From contig OY253668.1 of the NCBI GenBank assembly GCA_958009085.1, positions 1,736,001-1,800,000 of the forward strand: a DNA stretch of 64,000 nt, read 5' to 3'. The translations under genes were made by a program, and so were the position numbers. Source of the DNA: Protoeuglena noctilucae (taxonomy: Eukaryota). Below the pieces are notes generated by a model. The model did not search any database and was not told the origin of the DNA. It worked only from the letters and a program-made list of their open reading frames with translations. How positions within the stretch are numbered: position 1 is the stretch's first letter; the number at the start of each line of letters is the position of its first letter. Positions 11,480 through 23,301 of the stretch are shown piece by piece.

Positions 11480-13030
11480 GCCCTCCCAGTCCTTTCCGCA
11501 GCGCCCTCGCCGGATGCAACCGGCCCATCGAGGGCTCGTTTCGCACAGTGGATACCCGCGAGAGCGTCCCGCGCGAGCGATCGGCGCGGGCGACGCACCT
11601 CTGGCTGAGTCAGTGAGCCAGGGTCGCCCAACTCGAGGGTGGCCGCCGCTCCCGAGGAACCACTTCTGTCCAACCACATCTCTAAGCGGTCCCCGTTCAT
11701 GGGCGCGCTGTAAAGGTTGTCACGCTGCAGAGATTGTTGCGGGCGGGCCGCGTTTCGCCTTCAAGGCACATTCCAGGGAACGTGTGAAAGGTTGGCAAAC
11801 AGGCGCTCCTCCCTCTCGCGCCGCTACACTAGCGCTCACAGAGACCCATGACGCCAAAGGATGCCTGCACATCATCAGCACCCGAAGCGGGCACCCCTCC
11901 CGCACCCCGTCACCGTGCACCCGCTGTGCGTGAGGCTGCCACCGCAGGAGAAGAGGCCATAGCTCCCGCACTCGGAGATCTCCACGTTTCGCACCTCGGC
12001 CTTGCCGCCCCGGTTGCAGTCGACACCATGGAACGTTCGGCACCGCACAATGCGCCCCCCACGCACCACCACCTTGCTACCCTCGTCCAGGCTCGTCACG
12101 CCGTCCCGCCCGCAATCAGAGACCTCCACGTCCACCACCTCCGCCTGCCCGCCCTCGCAGCAGCACACCCCGTGCATGTCCCGACACCTGGCAAGTGTGT
12201 TCCACCGGCCCCGAAATGTCTCACCCTGCCAGCCCCGCCCCAGCGACTCGCCCACCTCCATCTCCTCCTCCGCGATCATCCAGTCCCTATCCTGAGCCTC
12301 CGCGCCCGCCCCGGCGACGGCCCGGCGCTTTGCCTTGCCCATGATCGCGCTCACTGCGATCGGTCACTGCAGCATACAATGAACAGCGCCCAGGATCGCC
12401 GGTTGGGGCGTAAGCGCGCTTGCACACCCAGATAACAAGCTAGTGAGTAGTCAGCAGCGATCAACTACCCCGATAGCGGCTGCATTGACGGGACAGGTGG
12501 TGCAATGTCCGTGCTACAGGAGCGTCCCCCGCGCGCAGCTGGACCGTCCACCAATCCCACGCTCGCAACCTGCCGATGACAGACACTCTACTTAGCCTTA
12601 CTGCACCCCCGGATACGTCGACCAACGTCTAGCAACGCCGACGTCGGGGCCATGGCAGAAGGACTCGCTGCTTGCCATCCACCGCGCATCCCGCCCGAGG
12701 CACGCTCACGTCACCCACCCTACCTCCGTACTACCTCAACGCCGACGGCTCACGCTTTTCAAGTCCAGTTTCGCGCTTCCTCTCACCTGCCCGACCTTGC
12801 TAGGTCCTGTCCGCAGCCTTCGTCGAATGCGATTGGCCCGCCGTCGACTCGCTTTGCACAGTGGAGACTCGCGAGAGCGTCCGCGCGAGAGATCGGGGGC
12901 GAAGGCGACGCGCCACTGGCACCGCCAGTCCGGGGTTCGGCATTGCGAGGTTGGCCGCCGCTTCCGAGGGGTCACTTCTGTCCAACCACATCTCCGAGCG
13001 GTGCCCGTCCATGGGCGCGCTGTAGAGTCT
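11480..13030. repeat. Duplicated upstream/promoter block (11480-11715 ~ 12805-13030)
   Basis: Shared segments such as 'cacttctgtccaaccacatct', 'cgcgagagcgtcc' and 'catgggcgcgctgta'. Confidence 0.85.
11875..12342 (-). CDS. Internally deleted tandem paralog of the kinase/beta-helix gene (intact intronless ORF; may be a pseudogene)
   Basis: 12200-12420 matches 11168-11385 (kinase N-terminus and upstream). 11870-12195 matches 8645-8965 (last beta-helix repeats and stop). The two parts are fused in frame. Confidence 0.65.
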   Translation of the reverse strand: MGKAKRRAVAGAGAEAQDRDWMIAEEEMEVGESLGRGWQGETFRGRWNTLARCRDMHGVCCCEGGQAEVVDVEVSDCGRDGVTSLDEGSKVVVRGGRIVRCRTFHGVDCNRGGKAEVRNVEISECGSYGLFSCGGSLTHSGCTVTGCGRGARFGC

Positions 13031-13039
13031 GTAGAGTCG

Positions 13040-16000
13040 ATGGAGGCCTCGGCCCTCGAGCCTCCCGCCCCCCCGAGCGGGGGACGCACGAGGGCCATCA
13101 GTGCGAGGTCGAACGCGCGGAAGCGGGCCCGCAGGCACTTCAACAAGCCGCTGGCGACGCTCCAGGTCGTCCGCGAGACGACATGGACCCCGCAGGCGAG
13201 GCCGGGGGGGCATGGGCGCTGGCTGTAGTCCTTGGTAGGCTCGCTTGGTCGGTGATGCGATGGCAGCGGCAGACAGCCCTTACGGGCCGGTCCTGGGAGT
13301 TGGCAGCGTGCGCGCATGGGAATGCGACGAGCGCCTTGGAAGTACGCGTGCCGCATCGTCCTTTCTGGATAGGCCAGCGACAAGTCATGCTTGTGTCTGT
13401 CTGCCACTCCCGTCGGGGCAGTTCGGCTCGCTCCAGGGCGCGTGGTTGGGCCGCGGCATGTTCGGGCACACCGCTCCCCGCCCCGCGCCCTCCTCGCAGA
13501 GCGACCTCCTCGTTCCCATCCTGAGCACGTTTAGTGCATTGCGCGTCGAGCAGGCGATGTCGGGGAGCGCCCGGGATGTGGCGCCCGGCAGCCCCAGGCG
13601 CGCTGTGGAGCTCCCGGGCAAGACCGCGAACCCGTACCTGGACGCCTCGCTCATCCGCAAGCCGCGGGGGATTCCGAAATGGATGAAGGAGCTCGGCGTG
13701 CCCGAGGAGACGCAGGAAACGCGGCGCGAGACGGGCGCAGGTGCGACGACGTGCGAGCGACGGGCTTTGCGAGGGGCCCGCGTGGCTCCGTGGAGCGGAG
13801 CCTGGGCTCTTGGACCTGAATATTCATCTTTGCTTTTAGATGCCTCACGCGGAGGCCTCGGTCGGGCGAGTCGGGGCCCAGCGGCGCCCTCACAGCTGTC
13901 GCCGCAGTCCAACTCCGCTTCTCCCGCCGTCCCCGCAGCGCGCGCCCGTTCCGCGGACGCCACGCGATCGGAGGACGGTACCGGAGCGCTGCGTCACCGC
14001 GTGGCCCGGATTCACAGCACGTACGCGCGCAGCATGGCGCCGGCGTCGGCCTCCCAGCGGGCACGCATGGCCCAGGCGCACCTCCTCTCCCACCGCGTCC
14101 CGCGCCCGCCTGCCCCCGCGAACGAGTACCTCGACCCCGCCCCGCGCCCCTCCTGGAACCCCAGCGTCGCCCCCGCCGCGGCGACCTCCGACCCGCCCCG
14201 CCGCGCGCCCCCGAACGCGGCACAGCTGGCCAAGGGACTGTCCCGCCTTAGGGTGGTCCTCAAGCAGGGCACTCCCCGCGAGCAGCGCGACGCCCTCCTC
14301 TCCTTTTTGACCACGGAGCTCCTCGTCTCGTCCCCCGCCGACCGCCTCGTTCTGGCGGAGCTGCTTGAAACGCTGCAGGACCAGAAGCCCGCGCTGCAGG
14401 TGAGACTTTTTGAGGGCGGGGGTGCATGGGATGGGTGCATGAGTGGGTGGGTGCAGGGGTGGGTGCGGGAGCGCTGCAGGTGAGGGCGGGTGTGCGTGGG
14501 TGGGGTGCGTGAGTGGTGCATGGGTGGGTGTCAGGACCACCCTCCACTCCCCGCCTCGCCTCAAACCCACTCATGCACGTCACCACCACCACTCTCCACC
14601 TCATCTCACCCTTGCCCACTCATACCACCCCCCACTCCCTTCTCCGCCCATCCAGGTCACGGCAGCCGGCGTGCTCCTGCAGCCTAACCTGCACTCCTCT
14701 TCCATCAAAGCCCTCTTTTTCTTGCACCCGCAGGTCACGGCTGCCGGCGTGCTCCTTCAGCGCGGCCTGTACTTCTCGGCCATCAAGGCCGTGTTCTCGT
14801 CCCCCGCCGCCATCCGCGCGGTGTTGGAGGAGACGAGGAAGACGCTTGAGATGCACGCAAGGGAGGGGGCGGACGGAGACGCGCCGGGGCTGGCGTGGCA
14901 CTGGTGAGGGGGGGGTTATTGGGGGGGGAGGGTGAGGGGGGGTGTGGGGGTGGTGAGGGGGGTTGGTGGGGGTGGCGGAGATGGCAGGGGTGGTGGGGGT
15001 GGCGAGGGTGGGGAGGGCAAGCAGAGCAAATGGGATTAGCAGCGTTAGCGGGACGTGGCATGGCGACAGTCGCACAATGTGTGGGTGCGAGTGCCATTGC
15101 ATGATTGCAACTGTACCCATCCCCTCTCCCTCCTCCCCCACCCCCAGGGACTCCGCGGACCGTGAGTTGTTCGTGCGTCAGTTCTCGAAGCTCAAGATCA
15201 TCCAGGTCTACCGGCAGATGAGGGACCAGATGGCCGCCATGGGGCCGCAGGGGGACCCGGCCATCGCGCGCATCGAGAGGGAGGTGAGCGTGGATATAAG
15301 GGGTGTGTGATGGGGGTGTGCATCAGGTGACCCGGTCATGACGCGCATGGGGAGGGAAGTGAGGGGTGGGGGTGGTGGTGGTGGTTGGGTGTCCATTGCA
15401 CTGATGTGCAACACCCCTCCTGCAACCCCCCCAGATGCTGCTGAAGGTGGTCAACGATAACACTCATTCCATGTCTCCCTATCAAGTCATTTCCACCCCT
15501 CCCCCCCTCGCAGGTGCTGCTGAAGGTAGTCCACAATCACACTCATTCCATTCATGTCTATCACCCCTCCCCCCCTCGCAGGTGCTGCTCAAAGTGGTGC
15601 ACGACTTTTTGCAGCAGCTGGGCGAGGCTCAGCCGGGGGAGCACGACCAGCATCAGATGGCGGCCACGCTGCTGCAGGCGGCGGCGGGGGCCAGGTCGAC
15701 GCGGCAGGCCGAGAGGGAGAAGCGGAAGAGGAGGCTGGCGGCCTTCATGAAGGCACAGGTGACGATTAGCATAGAACTAGCATATAGATTCAATGCGACG
15801 AGTGGTAGGGGTGATGGAGATGTATGGGTGATGAGTGGCATGGGTGGTAGAGGTGGTGGGGTGGGTGTGGATAGTGGGGAGCAATAGCCTGACCTGTCCT
15901 CACACACCCTACCACTCCCCATCGCAACGGGCACTACCCCACCCCACCCCACCCCACTACACCCTCCCCCCCCAGCGCGACGAGCGCGACCTGGACCGAG

Positions 16001-19000
16001 AGGAGCGCCACCGCCGCGCCGAGGAGCGCAGGCAGGCGCTGCTGGCCCAGTCAGTGGCTGAGCGGCAAGCGAAGGACGACGAACGTCGCAACGCGGCGCA
16101 CCGTCGCCGCTTGGCCGAGGCGCACCGCAGGGTGGCCGCGTTCGAGTCCGAGCGGCAGCGGCAGGTGGAAAAGGAAAAGCAGCGGCTGGCGGCGCGGCGG
16201 CAGATGCTGGAGGCGGAGCTGGGGGCGGTGATGGCGGAGGGGAAATACGAGGAGGCGTTTAAGGCCGCTTACCCCGGGCAGCCCGTGCCTAGGGGCGGGA
16301 GGGAGGGGGATGTGGGGGTTGCGAGGAGTGGGGGGGCGAGGATGGGCCAGGAGGGGGCGGGGAGGGGGCAGGGGCGGTAAGTGCATGGTGTGGGTAGGGC
16401 TGTGGGGCGTGGTATCTATATGAATGGCTCGTGAATGCAAGACTCCCGCGCTTGCTATCCATCGCTTTAGATGCCTTCACCCATCCTCCCCTCACCCGTA
16501 CCTCTCTCACCCTCACCACCCCCACCCTCACCTCACCACCCCCACCCTCTCCCTCACCTCACCACCCCCACCCTCTCCCTCACCCTCACCCCCACCCTCA
16601 CCCTCACCCCCACCCTCGCCACCCCCGCAGCCCCCCCCACGTTTTCCCCCCCGCCCCTCCTCCCCCCGGCCTGCGCCAGCCCAGCCCCGGGGCCGTGGAT
16701 GCGGTGGATGCGATGAGGGGCAAGAGAGAGAGGCGCAAGGTGCAGGAGCTCAGGAACCAGTACTCGACCAAGACGCTCATGGTGAGGGATGGTGGTAGTG
16801 TTATAAGTATAGGCATTGTTGTTGATGGTGGTGTTGTAATGGGGGCTGAGGAACCATGAAGCACTGAACAACAACCCTACTCCTCGCTCCCTCTCACGCA
16901 CCCCCACCCATACGATCCCTCACCATCCACCCAATCACCCCCCCCCCCCCCCCCCCACGCACACAGGCGAAACAAGAGGGCGTGGCGAAGCAGATCCGTG
17001 ACTTGGACAGCCAGATGCGCACGCAAGAGGCGATCATGGCCAAGGAAGCGGCACAATTGGAAAAGGCAGCGGTAGAGGCGGCGGTGGAGGGGAGGAGGCA
17101 GAAGCACGACGTGGCCATGGGGAAGGTGAGGGGTGGGAGATCTGTCTGTGTTGTATGAAATTGTTTTATATTGCATATAATATCCTATCCTATCCTATCC
17201 TATCCTATCCTATCCTATCCTATCCTATCCTATCCTATCCTATCCTATCCTATCCTATCCTATCCTATCCTATCCTATCATATCATATCATTCCATATCA
17301 TATCATCACCCACCCCTATCTCCGCTTCTACCAAATCGCAGTCGGTGGACGATGTTGCTGCCAAGGCCAAGATCCGCGTGCGGCGGGAGGTGGAGAAGGC
17401 GGACAAGCTGCAGGAGCAGTACGATCGAATGAAGGGGGAGAGGGACAGCAAGTTCAACGAATTACAAGCGTTCACGGCCGCGCAGACGTGAGTAGTAGTT
17501 GTTGTGGGGGGGGTATGGGCATGGGTGGTCGCACCACCCGCACCATCCATAGTACATACTACACACCCCGCCCCGCACCACCCATCCCTCTCCGGACATC
17601 AACTGAATTCCTCCCCTCTCCCCACCTCTCACCAACAAATCTGCACCACCCATCCCCCACCCCTCCCATCCCCCACCAGTACCATTCACCCCCCCCCCCC
17701 CCACCCCCCCCCAGCCGCCCCGGCGCCGCCCCCTCCCGCCGCGCCTTCTCAGCCCAGGAAGCCCAGGCCGCCATCACCATCCAAAGACACTTCCGCGGCC
17801 ACCGCGCCAGAGTGCGCGTGTCGGAACTGCGTTTGGCGCGGGCCAGGCGCATGGCCGAGCTGGCGGAGGTGGAGCTGATGGAGGCGAGCGCCTTGAGGAT
17901 ACAGACGGCCTATCGCGGGCACAGGTGAGGGACGGTGATGGGTGGTGTGCATGGGAATGTGATTATTATTATTTATTGGCTGGTAGTGGTGACGTGACGA
18001 TCGCGATCAAGCTGCCGCGCTTAATCTACCTCCCTTAACCCCTCTCCCACCCCTCTCACCCACTCACCACCCCACTTAACTAACCACCCCACGTCCCACC
18101 CCACGTACCACCCCCCCCCCCCCCCCCCAGGGCCCGCAAGGACGTCCGCGTGCGCCGCGCCGTGCGCCACGTGGCAGCAGAGGACGAGAAGCGGGAAGCA
18201 GAACGCAGAAAGGAGAGGGACCGATTGCAGACGGAGGCGGCGGCATTGGACGTGGCCAGCCGGCTCATCAGCGGGGACGTGTCGCCGCGGTGAGATGAAG
18301 GGGGGGGGGGGGCACACATGGGACAAGTGTAATACTGGTATTACTGTTATTACTAATAGTGGTGATTGTGGTTGTGGTGATAGTCTGCTCATCAGCGGGG
18401 ACGTGTCGCCGCGGTCAGATGAGGGAGCGGTGTGGGGGTGGTGGAACACGCTTGGAAATGTCAGTGACGATGATAGCAATAGTAGCAGTAACGACACTGG
18501 AACATAGCACAGCACTCAGCTTCTTGGTGGCTACCTCTCAGCACCCATCTCACCTCACCCATCCCACACCCCCACCCACCCCCCCCCTTCCCCCCCGCAG
18601 CAAGCCCTCCGCGCGCACCAGCGCCCGCCCCGGCAACGAGCGCAGTGGCGCGTCGTTCCCCTCCCCCCGTCTCTCTGCTGAGCCCAGCGCCGCCTCCACC
18701 CGCGCCAGCGCCCGCACCCGCAATGCTGCCGAGGAGGCATTAGACGAGGATCGATACCAGAGAGTCGAGACCGCGATGCGAGACGCGGTGCTGTATCCAC
18801 AGAAATCGCTGGATATCGGCGGGGAACGTGACGCGCAAATGCAACGTGCTATGGCGGAGCTGCTGGGGCCCGTGGGGCAAGGGGGGGGCATGGGGTTGCA
18901 TGGAGTGAGGAATGAGAGGTCTATGGTGTCGATGGGGACAGAGGAGGAGGAGGCGATTGCGGAGGTGAGGGGTGTTGTGAGGTGGGGTGGGGGTGGGTGG

Positions 19001-22000
19001 GTGCGAGGTGGGGGGGTTGTGTGGGGTGGGGTGCAGGTTGGATGGGTGTGTGTGTGCGGGTAAAGTGGGGCAGGATAAGCAGGGAGTAAGCGAGGCAGGG
19101 GCTTGCAACAGCAACAGACCCTCTCGCTATTTACAGCTCCCAACCACCCACAACCCACTTCCCGCCCACATCCCACCCACATCCCACTCACTCACCCACT
19201 TACCCCAGTCCCTCCCTTTGTGTTTCACAGGTGTTGGAGGGCGCCCTGCTGGCCGTGGAGGCCTCTCGCCTATCGGACTTTGCCCCAGAGCCATCTTTGG
19301 GCCACCTCCCCCACCCCACACACCAACACCCACACCCGGACCCGCACCCGCACCCGCACCCGCACTCGGCGTCTTCCCAACAAGAGGCGGCGGCCATGCG
19401 CATCCAGGCGGGTTTCCGAGGTATGCGCGACCGTCAGCAGGTTCAAAGAGTGATTGCGGAGAGGCAGGCCATGGTGGAGGAGCGGCTGAGGCAACTGGAG
19501 GAGGAGGAGGACGCGGCGCATGGGGCGGCGATGAGGATACAGAAGACCTTCCGGGGGCACAAGGTAAGTGAATGGAGAGAGATGTGGTGATTGATGGATT
19601 GATAGTGAGAGAGATGGTGGTGGTGGTGGTGACGTGTGTTTTGTCCCCATCACCCCCCTCACTCGCTTCGAGCTCTCTCCCCCCCAGGACCGCAAGCGTG
19701 TCCGTACTATGCAGCGCCAGCGCAAGGACGCCGCTGCCATGCGTATCCAGGCATCGTACAGGGGTCACCAGGGCAGGAAGGAGGCGGAGATGAGAAGGAG
19801 GGAGAGGGAGGCGGCGGCGGCGAGGGCGGCAGAGGCACAGGCGCGATATGAAGAGGAGGTGAGGGTGGTGATTGTGGTGGGAGTGGTAGTAGTGATGAAG
19901 GAGTGGTAGAGGCGCAGGCACGATATGTAGAAGAGGTGAGAGTGGTGATTGTGGTGGGTCACGGTGATAGACTGAGGGGGTGGGTGACGGTGGTGGGAGT
20001 GAGGATGGTGTAAATGTGAGGTAGTGGGGGAGTGCATCTCACAAGAGCCCCTCCTCGCAACCCCACCACCCCACCATCACCTCACATCACACCTACCCCC
20101 CCCCACCCCCCACCCCCTATAAACCCAGATGGCCCGCGAGCGCCGCGCGAGCGAGATCGAGAGGGAGCTGGCCGAGGACCGAGCCGCGGAGATCTCGAAA
20201 CTGCAAGAAGAGGTGGCGGCCCTGCGCATCCAGTCGGGCTACCGGGGCTGGTCGGGTCGCAAGCGGGCGGAGGAGCGCAAGAGAGAGGTGGAGTCTCAGG
20301 AGCGGGCGGCGCTGCAGATCCAGAAGAGCTACCGGGGTCACCGAGGGAGGAAGCGGGCAGACATGGTGCGGGAGCAGATGAGGAAGATTGAGGTGAGAGT
20401 GGGATGGGGGGGTTGGGGAGAGGTAGGGTGAAGGGGTGGGGTGGGGGGGACGAGGGCTGGGGAGTACGGTGGTGTTAGTGCAAAGCTGTGTTCTTGCCTC
20501 GATTTCGGGATGCATCCTGACGACCCCCACCCCCACTGCCACCCTCACTGCCACCCTCATCACCACCCTCACTGCCACTCGCACTGCCGACCCCGCTGCC
20601 ACCCCCACTGCCACCCTCACCCTCACCACCCACACCACCCTCACTACCTCCCTTCACAGGAGGAGGAGCGCTCGACGGCCGCCCTCCGCATCCAGGCGTC
20701 CTTCCGGGGATTCAAGGCACGAAAGGAGCTGGAGCAGCAGAAGGGGCCCGAGGTAGAGGGAGCTGCGGAGGGGGAGGAGGAGGAGGTGGTCGACGAGTTG
20801 GAGCGGATGAGGCGGGAGCTCGCCAAGGAGAGGGAGAGGATGCAGCAGGTGAGGGAGCTGCACACTCAGGGTAGAAAGGTCCACGAAACCGTGCGTCTCC
20901 GGGCCTGCTTTTTGCTATGATTGGATTTATTAGGTATAATCGCGTGCATTCGGCGGGTTTCCGAAGGCCTCGCGCGCCGGATCGCGTGCAGGTGCTTGCG
21001 GAGAAGCGCCGTCAGCTCGAGTACGCACGGCAGGCGAAGGAGGCCAAAGAAGCGCGGCGGAAGGAGGCTCTTTTAGAACGTCAGGCGTCGGCGCTGGCGG
21101 ACGCGGAGGAGCGGCGCCGGGCGGAGGAGCAGCGGCAGGCCGAGGAGATGGAGAGGGAGAGAGAAGAGATGCAGGCGAGGATGCGGGCCGGGGGACGACG
21201 GACGCGTGGTTGTCGATATCGTAGATGACAGACGCGGCGTCAGAGACCACAGCTTGCTCATTGCGCAGCCACCCCGGCACGTTTGGGTGGTGACATGCCT
21301 GCCCGCGCTTTGCGCGCCCCCGTCCCCCACCACTGACCGCCCCTTAATCCTCTTCCCGCCCCCGCAGCAGCGCATCGCGGCCGAGATGGGCGACCGCAGC
21401 GCCCGCGCCGAGGCGGACGAGGCGTCGGCGAAGGCGACCTCCTTGGAGCGCCTGCGTGCCGACCGCGCTCGCTTGCAGCAGATGCTAGACCAGGAGCGAG
21501 AGGCATTGCAAGAGAGGCTCGAGAGGGAGAGGGAGGAGCTACAGAAGAGGATGGCGGCGGAGGAGGCCGTCGAGGTGAGTCACGTTGGAGGGGTGGGGGT
21601 GCGGTGCGGGCGCGGGTGATGGGTGGGGGTGTGATGGGAGGTGTTGGCAAGCTGGCAAGGACGCGACACACGTCCTTATCCCTCCGTTACCACCCCTTCA
21701 CCCCCTCCTCCCGACCCCCCCAGCGCCAGCGCAAGGAGCAGGAGCGCAAGGCGAGGGCGGACACGGAGATCGAGGCGGCACTGAAGCGGTTCTCCGAACA
21801 GCTGCGGGTCAACCAGGAACATATGTCCATGATGCTGGAGCAGCTGAGCAAGCCACAGGTGAGGGTAGAGAGACATGGGGGGGCATCAAGCAGACAGCTC
21901 GACACTGGTGCATCATGGCGCCCTAGCTCTGGCCTGCTGCTCCATTACTATCCATGTCACCCGTTCTCTTTTACCACGCTTCCTCCACCACCCTATCCCA

Positions 22001-22986
22001 CCCCACCAACCACCACCCCCGCAGGCCGCCGTGGGCGGTGCGGGCCCCCTGGGCTCCATGGCCTTCTCGACCGTGCCCCTTGTCATCGGAGGAGCAGGAT
22101 CCACAGCCCCCAGCGCCGCGTCGTCGCCGGCGAGGCAGGCAGAGGCCCGGCAGGGACCCAAGGGAGCGTCACCGCTTGCTGCAAGCACAACTGCCGCTGC
22201 CACGGGGCGGTCTGCTTTCGCCGGCACATCCTCGCCCGCTGCCACGTCCCCCGCATCCACGACGGCGCCGGTGGCGGGAATGGCAACTGCGGCGCAGAGG
22301 GGACAGGCGGCGCAGCCATCGCGCACACCTGCAGGCGCACTCGCGCCCCCCGAGCCAAGGGGCGGTGCTGGCCCCGCTCCCCCCGTCGACATGGCGGGGC
22401 TGGGGGCCATTCCTGACGACGAGAAGCCGACAGATGAGGAGATCCGGGAGTACGCGACTTACCTCGGCATGGACCCAGGTGACGGTGCGGTCGGGTGGGG
22501 AGATGCATGGCGGTGGGTTCAGTGGGTTGGGTTGGGTGCGGGGCGGTCTGTGCGTGGGCGGCTGTGCCTGGGATCGATCGTTTGGGATTGCCTGCGAATC
22601 GTAGAGCTCTCATTCCCTGCGTCGGAGGGCGCGGGGGGCATTATCGATCACACAGCACTTTGCGCTTGCGCAGCATTCGCGACGTGCTCGACACCCAACC
22701 ACACACTCCCCCAAACACAAACACACACTCCCCTTCCGCAGACGACGACGCGGAGCTCCTGTACATCGCGGAATGGGCGATCATGGCGCCCGTGCCCGAG
22801 GGGTGGACCGAGCACGCCGACGCCGACGGCAACGAGTTTTACTACAACGTGGCCACGGGGGTGTCGACATACGAGCATCCGCTGGACGAGCAGTTCCGGA
22901 GCTATTTCCGGCAGATCAAGGCGCAGAAGATGGGGCAGAGCCTGAGCGACAGCCTCAAGCAGATGGCCGGGCCGGTCGCCGCGTGA
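13040..22986 (+). CDS. Large coiled-coil protein with 8 IQ calmodulin-binding motifs and a C-terminal CEP164-like WW module (~22 exons)
   Basis: IQxxx(F/Y)RG motifs at ~17780, 17898, 19402, 19537, 19746, 20228, 20318 and 20690, plus IQASYRG at ~19746 and IQKTFRG at ~19537 counted within these. C-terminus 'PTDEEIREYATYLGMDP..DAELLYIAEWAIMAPVPEGWTEH..GNEFYYNVATGVSTYEHPLD'. Start exon 13040-13195 (GC donor) is inferred. Confidence 0.75.
17182..17305. repeat. (TATCC)n pentanucleotide microsatellite degrading to (TATCA)n
   Basis: About 19 perfect copies inside intron 17126-17341. Confidence 0.95.
20530..20650. repeat. CACTGCCACCC(T/C) 12-mer minisatellite family (also 27560-27665, 39018-39090, 46733-46810)
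   Basis: The same unit recurs in the 3' half of introns in four unrelated genes. Confidence 0.8.
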
Positions 22987-23301
22987 CGCGCTGAGTTGCG
23001 ACACGTGCTGTTGTGATGGTGTTGTTAGCGAGGTGCCAGTGTTGGCTGTTGGCTGTAGATACTTTTGAAGCGACGAGGTGTTCTCATGTGCGCTGTCACG
23101 GTCTGCCCTGTCCTGGCCCGGCCGTTACGCCAACATACTCCCTCTCCCATGTGACATGTTGGCCCATCTGACCCCACTGCTCCGTGCTTCTTTTCTCTTC
23201 AATCAGCTCACACAGCTCGCTCGCTGTCATTCGCCGCCATCTCCATGCACAGTCGAAGTCCTCCACTGACCCGTTCTCACCAAACACAGCACACGCATTC
23301 A

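Noticed and set aside
9124..11616. 830-aa + strand ORF and many other long Pro/Arg/Ala-rich ORFs in the track
   Set aside because: Antisense or off-frame shadows of real genes in high-GC DNA with few stop codons.
8649..13030. Duplicated block as a mobile element
   Set aside because: No transposase, RT, LTR or TIR visible; better explained as a tandem segmental duplication.
11428..13213. Paired minus-strand ORFs sharing 'EMWLDRS' as a conserved small protein family
   Set aside because: Similarity follows from the DNA duplication, and indels shift the frames downstream, consistent with non-coding upstream sequence.
16540..16625. (CACCCT)n/(CACCCC)n tracts as telomeric repeats
   Set aside because: They do not match TTTAGGG/TTAGGG-type repeats and are part of C-rich intron 3' blocks.
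17155..17491. ORFs with (ILSYP)n repeats
   Set aside because: Translation of the intronic (TATCC)n microsatellite.
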